Origin: Ferruginibacter sp.
Lineage (GTDB): Bacteria > Bacteroidota > Bacteroidia > Chitinophagales > Chitinophagaceae
Reading direction: 5' to 3'
Assembly: GCA_049661965.1 (NCBI GenBank)
Contig: JBATAS010000245.1
Span: 538-64,537, forward strand
DNA: 64,000 nt
Shown here piece by piece: positions 1 to 8,902 of the stretch (its first letter is position 1; the number at the start of each line of letters is the position of its first letter). The notes under the pieces were generated by a model. The model searched no databases. It was given only the letters and a program-made list of their open reading frames with translations, and was not told the DNA's origin. Made by a program: the position numbers and the translations under genes.

Positions 1-856
1 CTGCATTATCAAAAGGAAAAACACCATCGCTCAATATTCTGCTTTTTGACCCCGGCAAAAAAGCGATCTGGTCGTAATTTTTATCATTGTTAATATTTGA
101 ATAAACCAATGAAGTATGATCGGGCAATTGCAAACCACGTTTCACTAAAGCCTTGTAAATAATATCATCTTTATCAATTTTAGGCAGATTGAAATCACCT
201 AAAGCAAATACATCTCTTATATCACGATAAGTGTTTTTACTTTTTGTTCTTAAATCGGCCCAACGGGCAACAGCATAAGCTTCCAGGCAGCGGCGGTTTA
301 AACTTTTTTTATCGGTATCATCACCAAAATAAAGATGTACAGTCATCAAAGTAAATTGGTAATTGTCTTTGGCAAAACTCACCAGAAAAGGACTTCTGTC
401 GAAGCCCGAAAAGGAAGCAGGCACATCTGTTATTTTAATATCCCTGTAATCGCTGGGTGGTATGGCATACTCTCCTATTTCATCCAGCAGTTTTACTTTC
501 CGGCTGTTATATATAAATGCAAGCCTTTCGTTATTACCCGCAGCATCAGAAAAAACAAACTTATATTTTGTACCGGCAAGGGCAACAACTTTTAAAAAGT
601 CCTCGCAGTTTTCTTTTGTTTCCTGCACAGCAATTACATCAAACCACGAAATAATTTCGGCAATGATCTTTAAATGCGGCTCTTCTCTTTTCTGTTCGCC
701 AAAGTTGGCAATATTCCAGGTGGCAATGCGTAAAGTTTTACTTGTTGCTTTGGGTATTTTTAAAGAAGGTTTCGAATCTCTGTACTTGCGTAGCGCAGTA
801 ATTTCTTTGGGGAGATCTACAACATGGTCAAACTGGGGTTTAGGGAATGATGGCAT
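1..856 (-). CDS. Endonuclease/exonuclease/phosphatase (EEP, DNase I-like) family protein, 3' end outside window
   Basis: Not in the ORF track. Manual translation from ATG at 856: MPSFPKPQF...LRIATWNIANFG...FDVIAVQE...GNNERLAFIY...FDRSPFLVSF...TVHLYFG...ALGDFN...YDQIAF, which are the EEP catalytic motifs. Confidence 0.88.
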   Translation of the reverse strand, partial: MPSFPKPQFDHVVDLPKEITALRKYRDSKPSLKIPKATSKTLRIATWNIANFGEQKREEPHLKIIAEIISWFDVIAVQETKENCEDFLKVVALAGTKYKFVFSDAAGNNERLAFIYNSRKVKLLDEIGEYAIPPSDYRDIKITDVPASFSGFDRSPFLVSFAKDNYQFTLMTVHLYFGDDTDKKSLNRRCLEAYAVARWADLRTKSKNTYRDIRDVFALGDFNLPKIDKDDIIYKALVKRGLQLPDHTSLVYSNINNDKNYDQIAFLPGSKSRILSDGVFPFDNA

Positions 857-992
857 AACATGAATTTAAACTGTTTACAAAAAGTTGAAAACAAGTTAAT
901 CCTTTACGGATGACTCATGCCTGGAAATGAACATAACGACTGTAAACGTACAACGTTCGCTATAAAAATGCAAACCCTTCGGCAAAAATTTA

Positions 993-1964
993 TTATTGCC
1001 CTTGGAGGTTAAACAGGCTGTCCACAAAATTCTGCTTATCAAAAACCAGCAGGTCTTCGGCTTTTTCGCCAACACCAATAAATTTTACGGGAATTTTAAA
1101 CTGGTTGGCTATTGCCAATACTACGCCACCTTTTGCAGTACCATCTAGCTTAGTTATAGTAAGAGCGGTAACGTTGGTTGCCGTTGTAAAATGTTTAGCC
1201 TGTTCCAAAGCATTCTGTCCCGTACTGCCATCCAATACCAGCATTACTTCATGTGGCGCATCGGGTACAACTTTTTGAATGACTCTTTTTATTTTGGTCA
1301 GTTCATCCATCAAATAAGCTTTGTTGTGTAAACGCCCTGCGGTATCTATTAAAATAACATCAACATTTTTTGCAACGCCACTGTTTACCGTATCAAATGC
1401 CACAGCCGCAGGGTCGCTGCCCATGTCTTTTTTTACAATAGGCACGCCCGCCCTTTCGCTCCAAATAGTAAGTTGATCAACAGCTGCTGCACGGAAAGTA
1501 TCTGCAGCGCCCAACAGAACAGATTTACCGGCCAGTTTAAAATTATGTGCCAGCTTGCCAATGGTGGTTGTTTTACCAACACCGTTTACACCAACTACCA
1601 AAATAATATGAGGTTTATGGCCGGTGGGTAATTCGTAATCAGTATAGCTGGTATCCTGGGGAGCAGTAACTAAAATATTCTGTATCTCTTCTTTGAGAAT
1701 TTTATTGAGTTCCGATGTGTTGAGGTATTTGTCTTTAGCAACGCGTTTTTCAATCTCTTCAATAATTTTTACAGTAGTTTCAATCCCAACATCAGCACTT
1801 ACCAAAGCATTTTCCACTTCGTCCAGTACTTCCACATCAACTGTACTTTTTCCTGCAATGGCTTTGGTTATCTTACTGAAAAATCCTTCACGGGTTTTTT
1901 CCAACCCCTGGTCAAGCGTTTCTTTTTGTTCTTTTTTGCCAAATAGTTTATTGAATAATCCCAT
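993..1964 (-). CDS. ftsY: Signal recognition particle receptor FtsY
   Basis: GVNGVGKTTTIGKLA, DTFRAAA, DTAGRLH, TKLDGTAKGG SRP-GTPase motifs. Confidence 0.98.
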   Translation of the reverse strand: MGLFNKLFGKKEQKETLDQGLEKTREGFFSKITKAIAGKSTVDVEVLDEVENALVSADVGIETTVKIIEEIEKRVAKDKYLNTSELNKILKEEIQNILVTAPQDTSYTDYELPTGHKPHIILVVGVNGVGKTTTIGKLAHNFKLAGKSVLLGAADTFRAAAVDQLTIWSERAGVPIVKKDMGSDPAAVAFDTVNSGVAKNVDVILIDTAGRLHNKAYLMDELTKIKRVIQKVVPDAPHEVMLVLDGSTGQNALEQAKHFTTATNVTALTITKLDGTAKGGVVLAIANQFKIPVKFIGVGEKAEDLLVFDKQNFVDSLFNLQGQ

Positions 1965-2004
1965 GATGGTTGTTTAATATTTACCGACTGTTCCTAAAAT
2001 AAAC

Positions 2005-2032
2005 AAAGCCTCCCGACAAATCGGGAAGCTTT
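2005..2032 (-). terminator. Hairpin (probable intrinsic terminator) between DUF4295 gene and ftsY
   Basis: AAAGCCTCCCGA-CAAA-TCGGGAAGCTTT inverted repeat; T-rich tail on the minus strand. Confidence 0.6.
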
Positions 2033-2059
2033 ACAAAATTATAGTATTAACAGGAAAAC

Positions 2060-2230
2060 TTAGCTGCCTAAGTATTCTTTGATCTTGTCTTTGTGTACGA
2101 TAGCTTCCTTAAAAGTATATGCGCCTGTTTTAGGGCTACGTAAAGTACGTATAACTTTAGTCCAGTTCTTTGCATCTGCTGCTGCTTTCTGGTCTTTGGT
2201 TTTTATAGCGGTTTTAGCTGCTTTTGCCAT
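2060..2230 (-). CDS. DUF4295 family small protein (56 aa)
   Basis: Below the ORF-track cut-off. Manual translation MAKAAKTAIKTKDQKAAADAKNWTKVIRTLRSPKTGAYTFKEAIVHKDKIKEYLGS; the SPKTGAY.F.E motif and position between rpmG and ftsY are typical of Bacteroidota. Confidence 0.9.
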   Translation of the reverse strand: MAKAAKTAIKTKDQKAAADAKNWTKVIRTLRSPKTGAYTFKEAIVHKDKIKEYLGS

Positions 2231-2324
2231 TGTTTTATTATTTGATGATTTGAAAATTAGTTGATTTGATGATTACTGCAATCGGCACATCATCTCCCGC
2301 CCAATGCGGGATCAAACCGGTTAA

Positions 2325-2507
2325 TTATTTTATTTCTTTATGAACAGTTACCTTCTTTAAAATAGGGTTAAGTTTTTTTAACTCTAAACGCTCAGGCGTG
2401 TTCTTTTTGTTTTTTGTTGTAATGTAACGGCTTGTGCCGGCCATTCCGCTTGTTTTGTGCTCGGTACACTCCAGTATTACCTGCACCCTGTTGCCTTTCT
2501 TTGCCAT
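2325..2507 (-). CDS. rpmG: 50S ribosomal protein L33
   Basis: [18 protein letters not shown]...[19 protein letters not shown]. Confidence 0.98.
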   Translation of the reverse strand: MAKKGNRVQVILECTEHKTSGMAGTSRYITTKNKKNTPERLELKKLNPILKKVTVHKEIK

Positions 2508-2531
2508 TGTTATTTATTTAATACTTTATTA

Positions 2532-2768
2532 TTAGATTTTTACGCCATCGGCACGTAATTGCTTAACTACCGAATACAAACCATTTTTGTTTATTGTTCT
2601 GATTGCTTCTGAAGAAACCTTAAGGGTAACCCACTTATCTTCTTCAGCAAGGAAATAACGTTTTGTCTGCAAATTTGGTAAAAACCTGCGTTTTGTCTTA
2701 ATATTTGAGTGAGAAACCTTATTACCTGTAATCGGCTTCTTTCCTGTAACCTGACATACTCTAGCCAT
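2532..2768 (-). CDS. rpmB: 50S ribosomal protein L28
   Basis: [34 protein letters not shown]. Confidence 0.98.
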   Translation of the reverse strand: MARVCQVTGKKPITGNKVSHSNIKTKRRFLPNLQTKRYFLAEEDKWVTLKVSSEAIRTINKNGLYSVVKQLRADGVKI

Positions 2769-2787
2769 AGTGCTTATTTTTGGACGG

Positions 2788-2795
2788 CAAAGGTA
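2788..2795 (-). promoter_or_regulatory. Bacteroidota sigma-A -7 element for the rpmB operon
   Basis: TACCTTTG on the minus strand matches TAnnTTTG, about 20 nt upstream of the rpmB ATG. Confidence 0.7.
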
Positions 2796-2978
2796 AGGTT
2801 AAATATTAATAATTACAGTTTGAAACAGAAGAAATTTTGTTTTTTTCTTGAAATCTACCCACAATCAAAGCTAAATTGTGAATAACAGCAGTTTAACGGG
2901 ATAAAATTGCTGAAATCGGCGTCCAATTCATAATATTGCCTGCATCAAAATTACAGGTTTTATAAATATATAATCGAT

Positions 2979-3386
2979 ATGGCAACACATTCAGTTACTA
3001 CAGTATTTAACAGGAACATGCTTTTTACAGCCAATGTTACCGGTTTTGATGTTTTAATGAACGATGGTGAAGATGACAACGGAGCCAGTCCCAAACAGAT
3101 GATGCTGGCTTCGCTGGCAGGCTGCACAGGTATGGATGTTGTTTCAATGCTACGCAAAATGAAAGTTGATTTTAGTGACTACAGCATGGTTGTAGATGCC
3201 GACTTAACCGATGAGCACCCAAAGATTTACAATAAAGTAAAACTGACTTACAAAATCAGGCTGGCGGCTGAAGATCAGCTCAAGATGGAAAAAGCGGTTA
3301 CCCTATCTAAAGAAAAATACTGCGGCGTAAGTGCTATGTTTACTGCGTTTGCAGAGCTTACAACAGAGATCATCTACCTGGATTAA
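2979..3386 (+). CDS. OsmC family protein
   Basis: GASPKQMMLASLAGCTGMDVV and KYCGVS two-Cys OsmC/YhfA motifs. Confidence 0.9.
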   Translation: MATHSVTTVFNRNMLFTANVTGFDVLMNDGEDDNGASPKQMMLASLAGCTGMDVVSMLRKMKVDFSDYSMVVDADLTDEHPKIYNKVKLTYKIRLAAEDQLKMEKAVTLSKEKYCGVSAMFTAFAELTTEIIYLD

Positions 3387-4285
3387 TTTAAAATACCTGT
3401 CTTTGTCAATTTTAATTTGCGTTGTTCATTATAGATCCTGAACATCTGCAATACAACAGCCAGCAATATCAACAGCACGCCAATATAAAATTGATTGTTC
3501 AGGTTTTCATTCTCCTTAAAAAATATAAATGCCAGTATAATGCCGTAAACAGGCTCCAGGTTATAGGTAAGGTTTGCAGTAAAAGCCGATATTTTTTTCA
3601 GTGCATTTAATTGCAGGTCGAAACTCAACACAGTACACAACCAGGCCAATACCAGCAGCCATAACCAATCGGTGGTGGTTGGTACATAATAAGTGGCAGG
3701 AAATAGCATTACATAAAACGGAACAATAACAGTCAGTGCAATCAGGCCTCCCCCCAGTTCGTATAAGGTTAATATTTTTGGTGTATAGGTAAGTAATAAT
3801 TTTTTATTGTAGATGGGAAACAAGGAACTGCCAACTGCAGATAGGATTCCGAAAATGATTCCCATTTTATATTGCGGATGAAAATCAAAAATTATATAAA
3901 TACCCGAAATAGCCAATAGCCCCAATGCTATTTCAATTGCCGAAATTTTTCTTTTTAAAATAAGAGGTTCAAAAAAAGCAGTGAAAAAACCGGTTGCACT
4001 AAAGCAAACCAGGGCTACCGATACATTTGCATATTTCACACTACCATAAAAAGTAACCCAATGTAATGCTACTATAATACCAACGCCAAATATTTTAAGC
4101 GCATCTTTAAAAGGAATACGTATCAACTGCTTCTTATAATACAATATCCCTGCAAGTGTAACAACAGTTATCAGCAACCTGAACCAAACCAATAAACCTT
4201 CGTTAAGCGTAATAAGTTTACCCAGTATAGCTGTAAAGCCCGCCAGGAAAACAGCTACATGAAGTTGAATCAGGGCTTTTTTCAT
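3383..4285 (-). CDS. DMT/EamA family transporter
   Basis: About 10 hydrophobic helices, duplicated EamA pattern, NLEPVYGI motif; start taken at MKKALIQL (4285). Confidence 0.9.
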   Translation of the reverse strand: MKKALIQLHVAVFLAGFTAILGKLITLNEGLLVWFRLLITVVTLAGILYYKKQLIRIPFKDALKIFGVGIIVALHWVTFYGSVKYANVSVALVCFSATGFFTAFFEPLILKRKISAIEIALGLLAISGIYIIFDFHPQYKMGIIFGILSAVGSSLFPIYNKKLLLTYTPKILTLYELGGGLIALTVIVPFYVMLFPATYYVPTTTDWLWLLVLAWLCTVLSFDLQLNALKKISAFTANLTYNLEPVYGIILAFIFFKENENLNNQFYIGVLLILLAVVLQMFRIYNEQRKLKLTKTGILN

Positions 4286-4368
4286 AAAACAAATATAAGC
4301 CTCCGGTAAAGGAAGCAAAAAAAATATAAAAATCTACAAACAGCCCCTCTTCTAACCTTAAACTAATT

Positions 4369-4376
4369 TATATTTG
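4369..4376 (+). promoter_or_regulatory. Bacteroidota -7 promoter element for the DUF2723 gene
   Basis: TATATTTG matches TAnnTTTG, 23 nt upstream of ATG 4400. Confidence 0.6.
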
Positions 4377-4399
4377 CCAACTTATAACCTATATATATT

Positions 4400-7300
4400 A
4401 TGAGCTTTAAACGCATCAACAACATTACCGGATGGGCCGTTTGCATTATTGCATGCGCTGTGTACATTATGACTATGGAAGCTTCGGCCAGTCTTTGGGA
4501 CTGTGGAGAATTTGCTTCCAGTGCTTATAAACTGCAAATTCCTCACCCGCCGGGAGCCCCTTTATTTGTATTGATTGGCCGTTTGTTTATGGCTCCGTTT
4601 GGCCCCGAAAATGCTGCAACAGGTATTAATCTGATGAGTGCGTTGGCCAGTGGCTTTACCATTTTATTTTTATTCTGGACCATTACCCATTTTGCCCGTA
4701 AGCTGGTTATGAAAAACGGCGGTGAATTAACTGCCGATAAAATTTATGGTATCATGGCTGCCGGTATTGTTGGCGCCCTGGCTTATACATTTTCTGATTC
4801 ATTCTGGTACAGTGCGGTTGAAGGTGAAGTGTATGCATTATCATCATTCTTTACTGCATTGGTTTTTTGGGCTATGCTTAAATGGGAGCAGAATGTAGAT
4901 GTTGAACAGAAAGAAGGAATAAAAGGCCATTTTACAAGAGCCGACCGCTGGATCATTCTCATCTTTTACCTGATGGGTTTATCAATTGGTGTTCACTTAC
5001 TTAATTTATTAACCATACCGGCTATTGTAATCATCTATTACTTTAAGCGTTACGAAAAAATTACTAAGTGGGGAACCTTCTGGGCCTTTCTTATCGGTTG
5101 TGGTATAACCGGGCTGGTACAAAAAGCTGTAATTGTATGGACCATTAAAGGTGCTGGCAATTTCGATATTCTTTTTGTGAACAGCTTCGGTCTGCCTTTC
5201 TTCTCGGGCTTTGCTTTCTTCTTTATATTTATTGCAGCACTGGTTTATTTTGGTTTGAAAATAGCTGCCAAAAGAAACTGGAACTTTTTAAAGCTCGGGC
5301 TCTGGAGTTTTTTATTTATGTTATTGGGTTATTCAACTTACTTCACCACTTTGGTACGTTCCAATGCCGACCCTTCGGTAGATATGTTTAATGTAGATAA
5401 CCCGGTAAACCTCGTTGGATATTTAGCACGTGAACAATATGGCGACTGGCCAATTATGTACGGGCAGGACTTTACCGCTAACTACGAAGATGTTAAAGTA
5501 ACCGAGACTTATGTTAAGAGTAACGGAAAATATGAAAAGAACGGAAAAAAAGTAGAATATATTTATGCGCCTGCCGATATGCACCTCTTTCCACGTATGT
5601 GGGACCAAAGCAACGACCAGGGGCATGCCGATTACTATGCAAGCTGGATGGGTATTGGAAAAGACCAACAGGGTAACTGGGAACGTGCCCCAACCATGGG
5701 AGAAAATATTCAGTTTGCGATGGCTTACCAGGTAGGCTGGATGTATATGCGTTATTTTATGTGGAATTTTGCTGGTAAACAAAACGATATACAAGGCACT
5801 AATATGGGTAATGTACGTGATGGTAACTGGAAAACCGGAATAGGCTTTTGGGATAATATGCGGCTTGGAAACCAGGATACTTTACCAGACAGTATAAAAC
5901 ATAACAAGGCCAATAATAAACTATTTGCCCTCCCATTTATTTTGGGCATGCTGGGCCTTATTTACCAGGTAATGAAGGATAAAAAAGATTTCCTGATAAC
6001 CGGGTTACTCTTCTTTTTTACCGGGTTGGCCATTGTGTTCTATCTGAACCAGGCCGGCAACCAGCCACGTGAACGTGACTATGCCTATGTAGGATCATTT
6101 TACGCATTTGCTATATGGATAGGGCTTGGCGTATTGTATGTTAAAGAACTGTTTTCAGGTTTTATAAAAAATAAAAATGTTTTAAATATTGCGGCAGGCG
6201 GGCTTTGTTTACTGGCAGTGCCTGTTTTAATGGCAAGCCAGGAATGGGACGACCATGACCGCAGCAATAAAAAGCTGGCAATTGATTTAGCCAAAGATTA
6301 CCTGGAAAGTTGTGACAAAAATGCAATACTGATAACTTTTGGTGATAATGATACTTATCCGCTTTGGTACGCCCAGGAAGTACAGGGTGTGCGTAAAGAT
6401 ATCCGTGTCATCAACTCCAGTTTAATGGGTACCGACTGGTATATTAATCAGCTTCGCTATAAAGTAAATGAAAGTGACCCCATTGATCCTATCTGGTCGG
6501 CGGCTCAAATTGAAGGAGCTAACCGGGATATTGTTTATTCTCCCGAAGGATTATACGGTAACAACCCTACTTACTTAAATAAATACAGAGTGAAGGCAGG
6601 TATTACAGGCGACCCCGCTCAGCCAATGGATTTATATACCATGATGAAGGATTTTGCTGGCAGCGATGACCCCAATAAAATGGAACAGGGCAGAGACGGC
6701 AGTATGTTAAATATCTTTCCGTCAAAACGAGTTTCCATTCCGGTTGATATAAATATGGTCCGTCAGAACGGAACAGTAAATGCAACCGACAGTGTTGTAT
6801 CGCAGGTGGTATTTGATATTCCGAAAAATGTATTGTTTAAAAATGATGCAGCAATTCTGAACATCATTGCTGCCAACAAATGGAAACGCCCTATTTACTT
6901 TACTTCTCAGGGGGCAGGTGATTTAGGATTTGGAAACTATCTGCGTCAGGATGGATTAACCTACCGCCTGGTTCCGGTTGCAAACAGCCAGGTAAATGAC
7001 GATTGGGTGTATGATAAAATGATGACCCAATTTGCCAGTGGCAATGCAGATAAACCAGGTGTTTATTTTGATGAAGAAAACCGCCGTCATCTTAACAGCA
7101 TCCGCATGGCTTATGCAACGGCAGCAATAAGTCTGGCTCAGAAAAACAGGAAAGAAGAAGCCAAAAAAATGTTGAACAAGGTTGATAAAATGATGTTGGA
7201 CGAAAACTTCCCTTATGGAATGGTGTCACGTAATCAGCAGCATAATTATATTTCGTACATGATGTTACAGGCTACTTATGTTGCCGGCGATACTGTTTTA

Positions 7301-7561
7301 GCAAACAAAATAACCAAGAGCCTGAAAAAGGATCTTGAGCAACAGATAAGTTATTATGATGCCTTGCCCGATAACAAAAATGCTGTATTTAATTATGTTG
7401 ACCAGTCGGGTAGAAAAGCTGGTGACAGAAATGCAGCTGAAGAATTTTTAATGCGGATAATGGCATTGGAACAGCAATTTAAAAACCCGGCCGGCATTCC
7501 AACTGAAACGCCCAACCCGATAAATGTACAACCCGTGGTACCCGGCGATTCGCAAAAATGA
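4400..7561 (+). CDS. DUF2723 domain multi-pass membrane protein (TMEM260/GT117-like glycosyltransferase)
   Basis: WDCGEF, HPPGAPLF, AVEGEVY, RERDYAY, GDNDTYPLWY motifs. Confidence 0.9.
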   Translation: MSFKRINNITGWAVCIIACAVYIMTMEASASLWDCGEFASSAYKLQIPHPPGAPLFVLIGRLFMAPFGPENAATGINLMSALASGFTILFLFWTITHFARKLVMKNGGELTADKIYGIMAAGIVGALAYTFSDSFWYSAVEGEVYALSSFFTALVFWAMLKWEQNVDVEQKEGIKGHFTRADRWIILIFYLMGLSIGVHLLNLLTIPAIVIIYYFKRYEKITKWGTFWAFLIGCGITGLVQKAVIVWTIKGAGNFDILFVNSFGLPFFSGFAFFFIFIAALVYFGLKIAAKRNWNFLKLGLWSFLFMLLGYSTYFTTLVRSNADPSVDMFNVDNPVNLVGYLAREQYGDWPIMYGQDFTANYEDVKVTETYVKSNGKYEKNGKKVEYIYAPADMHLFPRMWDQSNDQGHADYYASWMGIGKDQQGNWERAPTMGENIQFAMAYQVGWMYMRYFMWNFAGKQNDIQGTNMGNVRDGNWKTGIGFWDNMRLGNQDTLPDSIKHNKANNKLFALPFILGMLGLIYQVMKDKKDFLITGLLFFFTGLAIVFYLNQAGNQPRERDYAYVGSFYAFAIWIGLGVLYVKELFSGFIKNKNVLNIAAGGLCLLAVPVLMASQEWDDHDRSNKKLAIDLAKDYLESCDKNAILITFGDNDTYPLWYAQEVQGVRKDIRVINSSLMGTDWYINQLRYKVNESDPIDPIWSAAQIEGANRDIVYSPEGLYGNNPTYLNKYRVKAGITGDPAQPMDLYTMMKDFAGSDDPNKMEQGRDGSMLNIFPSKRVSIPVDINMVRQNGTVNATDSVVSQVVFDIPKNVLFKNDAAILNIIAANKWKRPIYFTSQGAGDLGFGNYLRQDGLTYRLVPVANSQVNDDWVYDKMMTQFASGNADKPGVYFDEENRRHLNSIRMAYATAAISLAQKNRKEEAKKMLNKVDKMMLDENFPYGMVSRNQQHNYISYMMLQATYVAGDTVLANKITKSLKKDLEQQISYYDALPDNKNAVFNYVDQSGRKAGDRNAAEEFLMRIMALEQQFKNPAGIPTETPNPINVQPVVPGDSQK

Positions 7562-7583
7562 TAATCAATAAAACATTAATCAT

Positions 7584-7613
7584 AAATCTCCTGAGTTTTC
7601 AGGAGATTTTTTT
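7584..7613 (+). terminator. Intrinsic terminator after DUF2723 gene
   Basis: AAATCTCCTGA-GTTT-TCAGGAGATTT followed by a T run. Confidence 0.8.
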
Positions 7614-7690
7614 ATTTAACAAACGAACAAAACAATGCAGCTAAATGTTTCGTAATTTAGATATTCAACTTTCATTATTAAATACTCCCT

Positions 7691-8788
7691 GTGTTAGGCT
7701 ATAACTTCAGTAAATACGATCCCGATGCACAAGGCAAATCTCCCTTTGAGACTTTGCTCAACCTGTTTTTACAACTCCTCACCTACACCAATGGCGATTT
7801 TAATGAAGCCATGCAGTGGATGAATGAACTGGATAAAGAATATAAATTAACCAATGGCGAATATGGCATTGGCGATTTTATTGATGACCTTAAATCGAAA
7901 GGATATATTGACGACAAAAATGAAAGAGGAGAAATAAAAATAACTTCCAAAACCGAGCAGGGCATCCGTAAAAAAAGCCTGGAAGAAATTTTTGGTAAAC
8001 TTAAGAAAACAAAGCAGGGCAATCACCAAACCTTTAAACCCGGTGGTGGTGATGAAATAAACCCTGAGACCAGGCCTTTTCAGTTTGGCGACACGATGGA
8101 ACAAATTGATTTTACAAATTCCATCCGCAATGCACAGATCAATCATGGTATTGATAGTTTTAAAATGCAGGAAGATGATCTGGAAATAAGAGAAACTGAT
8201 TTCAAGTCACAAACATCTACTGTATTAATGATTGATATTTCTCATTCAATGATACTTTATGGCGAGGATAGGATTACACCAGCCAAAAAAGTAGCGATGG
8301 CCTTGAGTGAATTAATTCAAACTAAATACCCGAAAGATACATTGGATATTGTAGTGTTTGGCAACGATGCATGGCCTATTGAAATTAAAGACCTTCCCTA
8401 CTTACAGGTTGGGCCTTATCATACAAATACTGTAGCAGGCTTGGAACTGGCAATGGATATTTTAAGAAAACGCCGTAACCCCAACAAACAGATATTTATG
8501 ATAACAGATGGTAAGCCTACCTGTTTAAAAGTGGGTAAGCGTTATTATAAAAACAGTTGGGGAGTTGATAGAAAAATTCTAAACCGTTGTATGAGCCTGG
8601 CCACACAATGCAAAAAAAACAAAATACCCATCACCACTTTTATGATTGCATCCGATCCTTATCTGCAACGCTTTGTACAGGAATTTACTGAAACCAATAA
8701 CGGCAAGGCTTTCTTTGCATCGTTGGATAAACTGGGTGCATTTATATTTAAGGATTTTGAAAGTGGAAAAAGGAAGACTGTGTATTGA
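7691..8788 (+). CDS. von Willebrand factor A (vWA) domain protein
   Basis: MIDAS motif DISHS, ITDGKPT; paired with the downstream AAA+ ATPase. Confidence 0.88.
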   Translation: MLGYNFSKYDPDAQGKSPFETLLNLFLQLLTYTNGDFNEAMQWMNELDKEYKLTNGEYGIGDFIDDLKSKGYIDDKNERGEIKITSKTEQGIRKKSLEEIFGKLKKTKQGNHQTFKPGGGDEINPETRPFQFGDTMEQIDFTNSIRNAQINHGIDSFKMQEDDLEIRETDFKSQTSTVLMIDISHSMILYGEDRITPAKKVAMALSELIQTKYPKDTLDIVVFGNDAWPIEIKDLPYLQVGPYHTNTVAGLELAMDILRKRRNPNKQIFMITDGKPTCLKVGKRYYKNSWGVDRKILNRCMSLATQCKKNKIPITTFMIASDPYLQRFVQEFTETNNGKAFFASLDKLGAFIFKDFESGKRKTVY

Positions 8789-8792
8789 AATA

Positions 8793-8868
8793 TTTCACGC
8801 AAAGGCGCAAAGAACCGCAAAGCTACCTTAGCTACTTTTGCATTTTTCTCTTGCGGCTTTGCATGAAA
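8793..8868. repeat. Intergenic imperfect palindrome built from GCAAAG units (REP-like)
   Basis: TTTCACGCAAAGGCGCAAAG ... CTTGCGGCTTTGCATGAAA imperfect inverted repeat. Confidence 0.55.
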
Positions 8869-8902
8869 AAATCACATTCAATAAGATTATTAAAAAATAA
8901 AA

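Noticed and set aside
335..863. ORF-track + strand ORFs 335-595 and 462-863
   Set aside because: Antisense shadows of the minus-strand EEP nuclease, which has clear family motifs
2079..2264. 61-aa + strand ORF
   Set aside because: Antisense to the real DUF4295 gene (2060-2230, minus)
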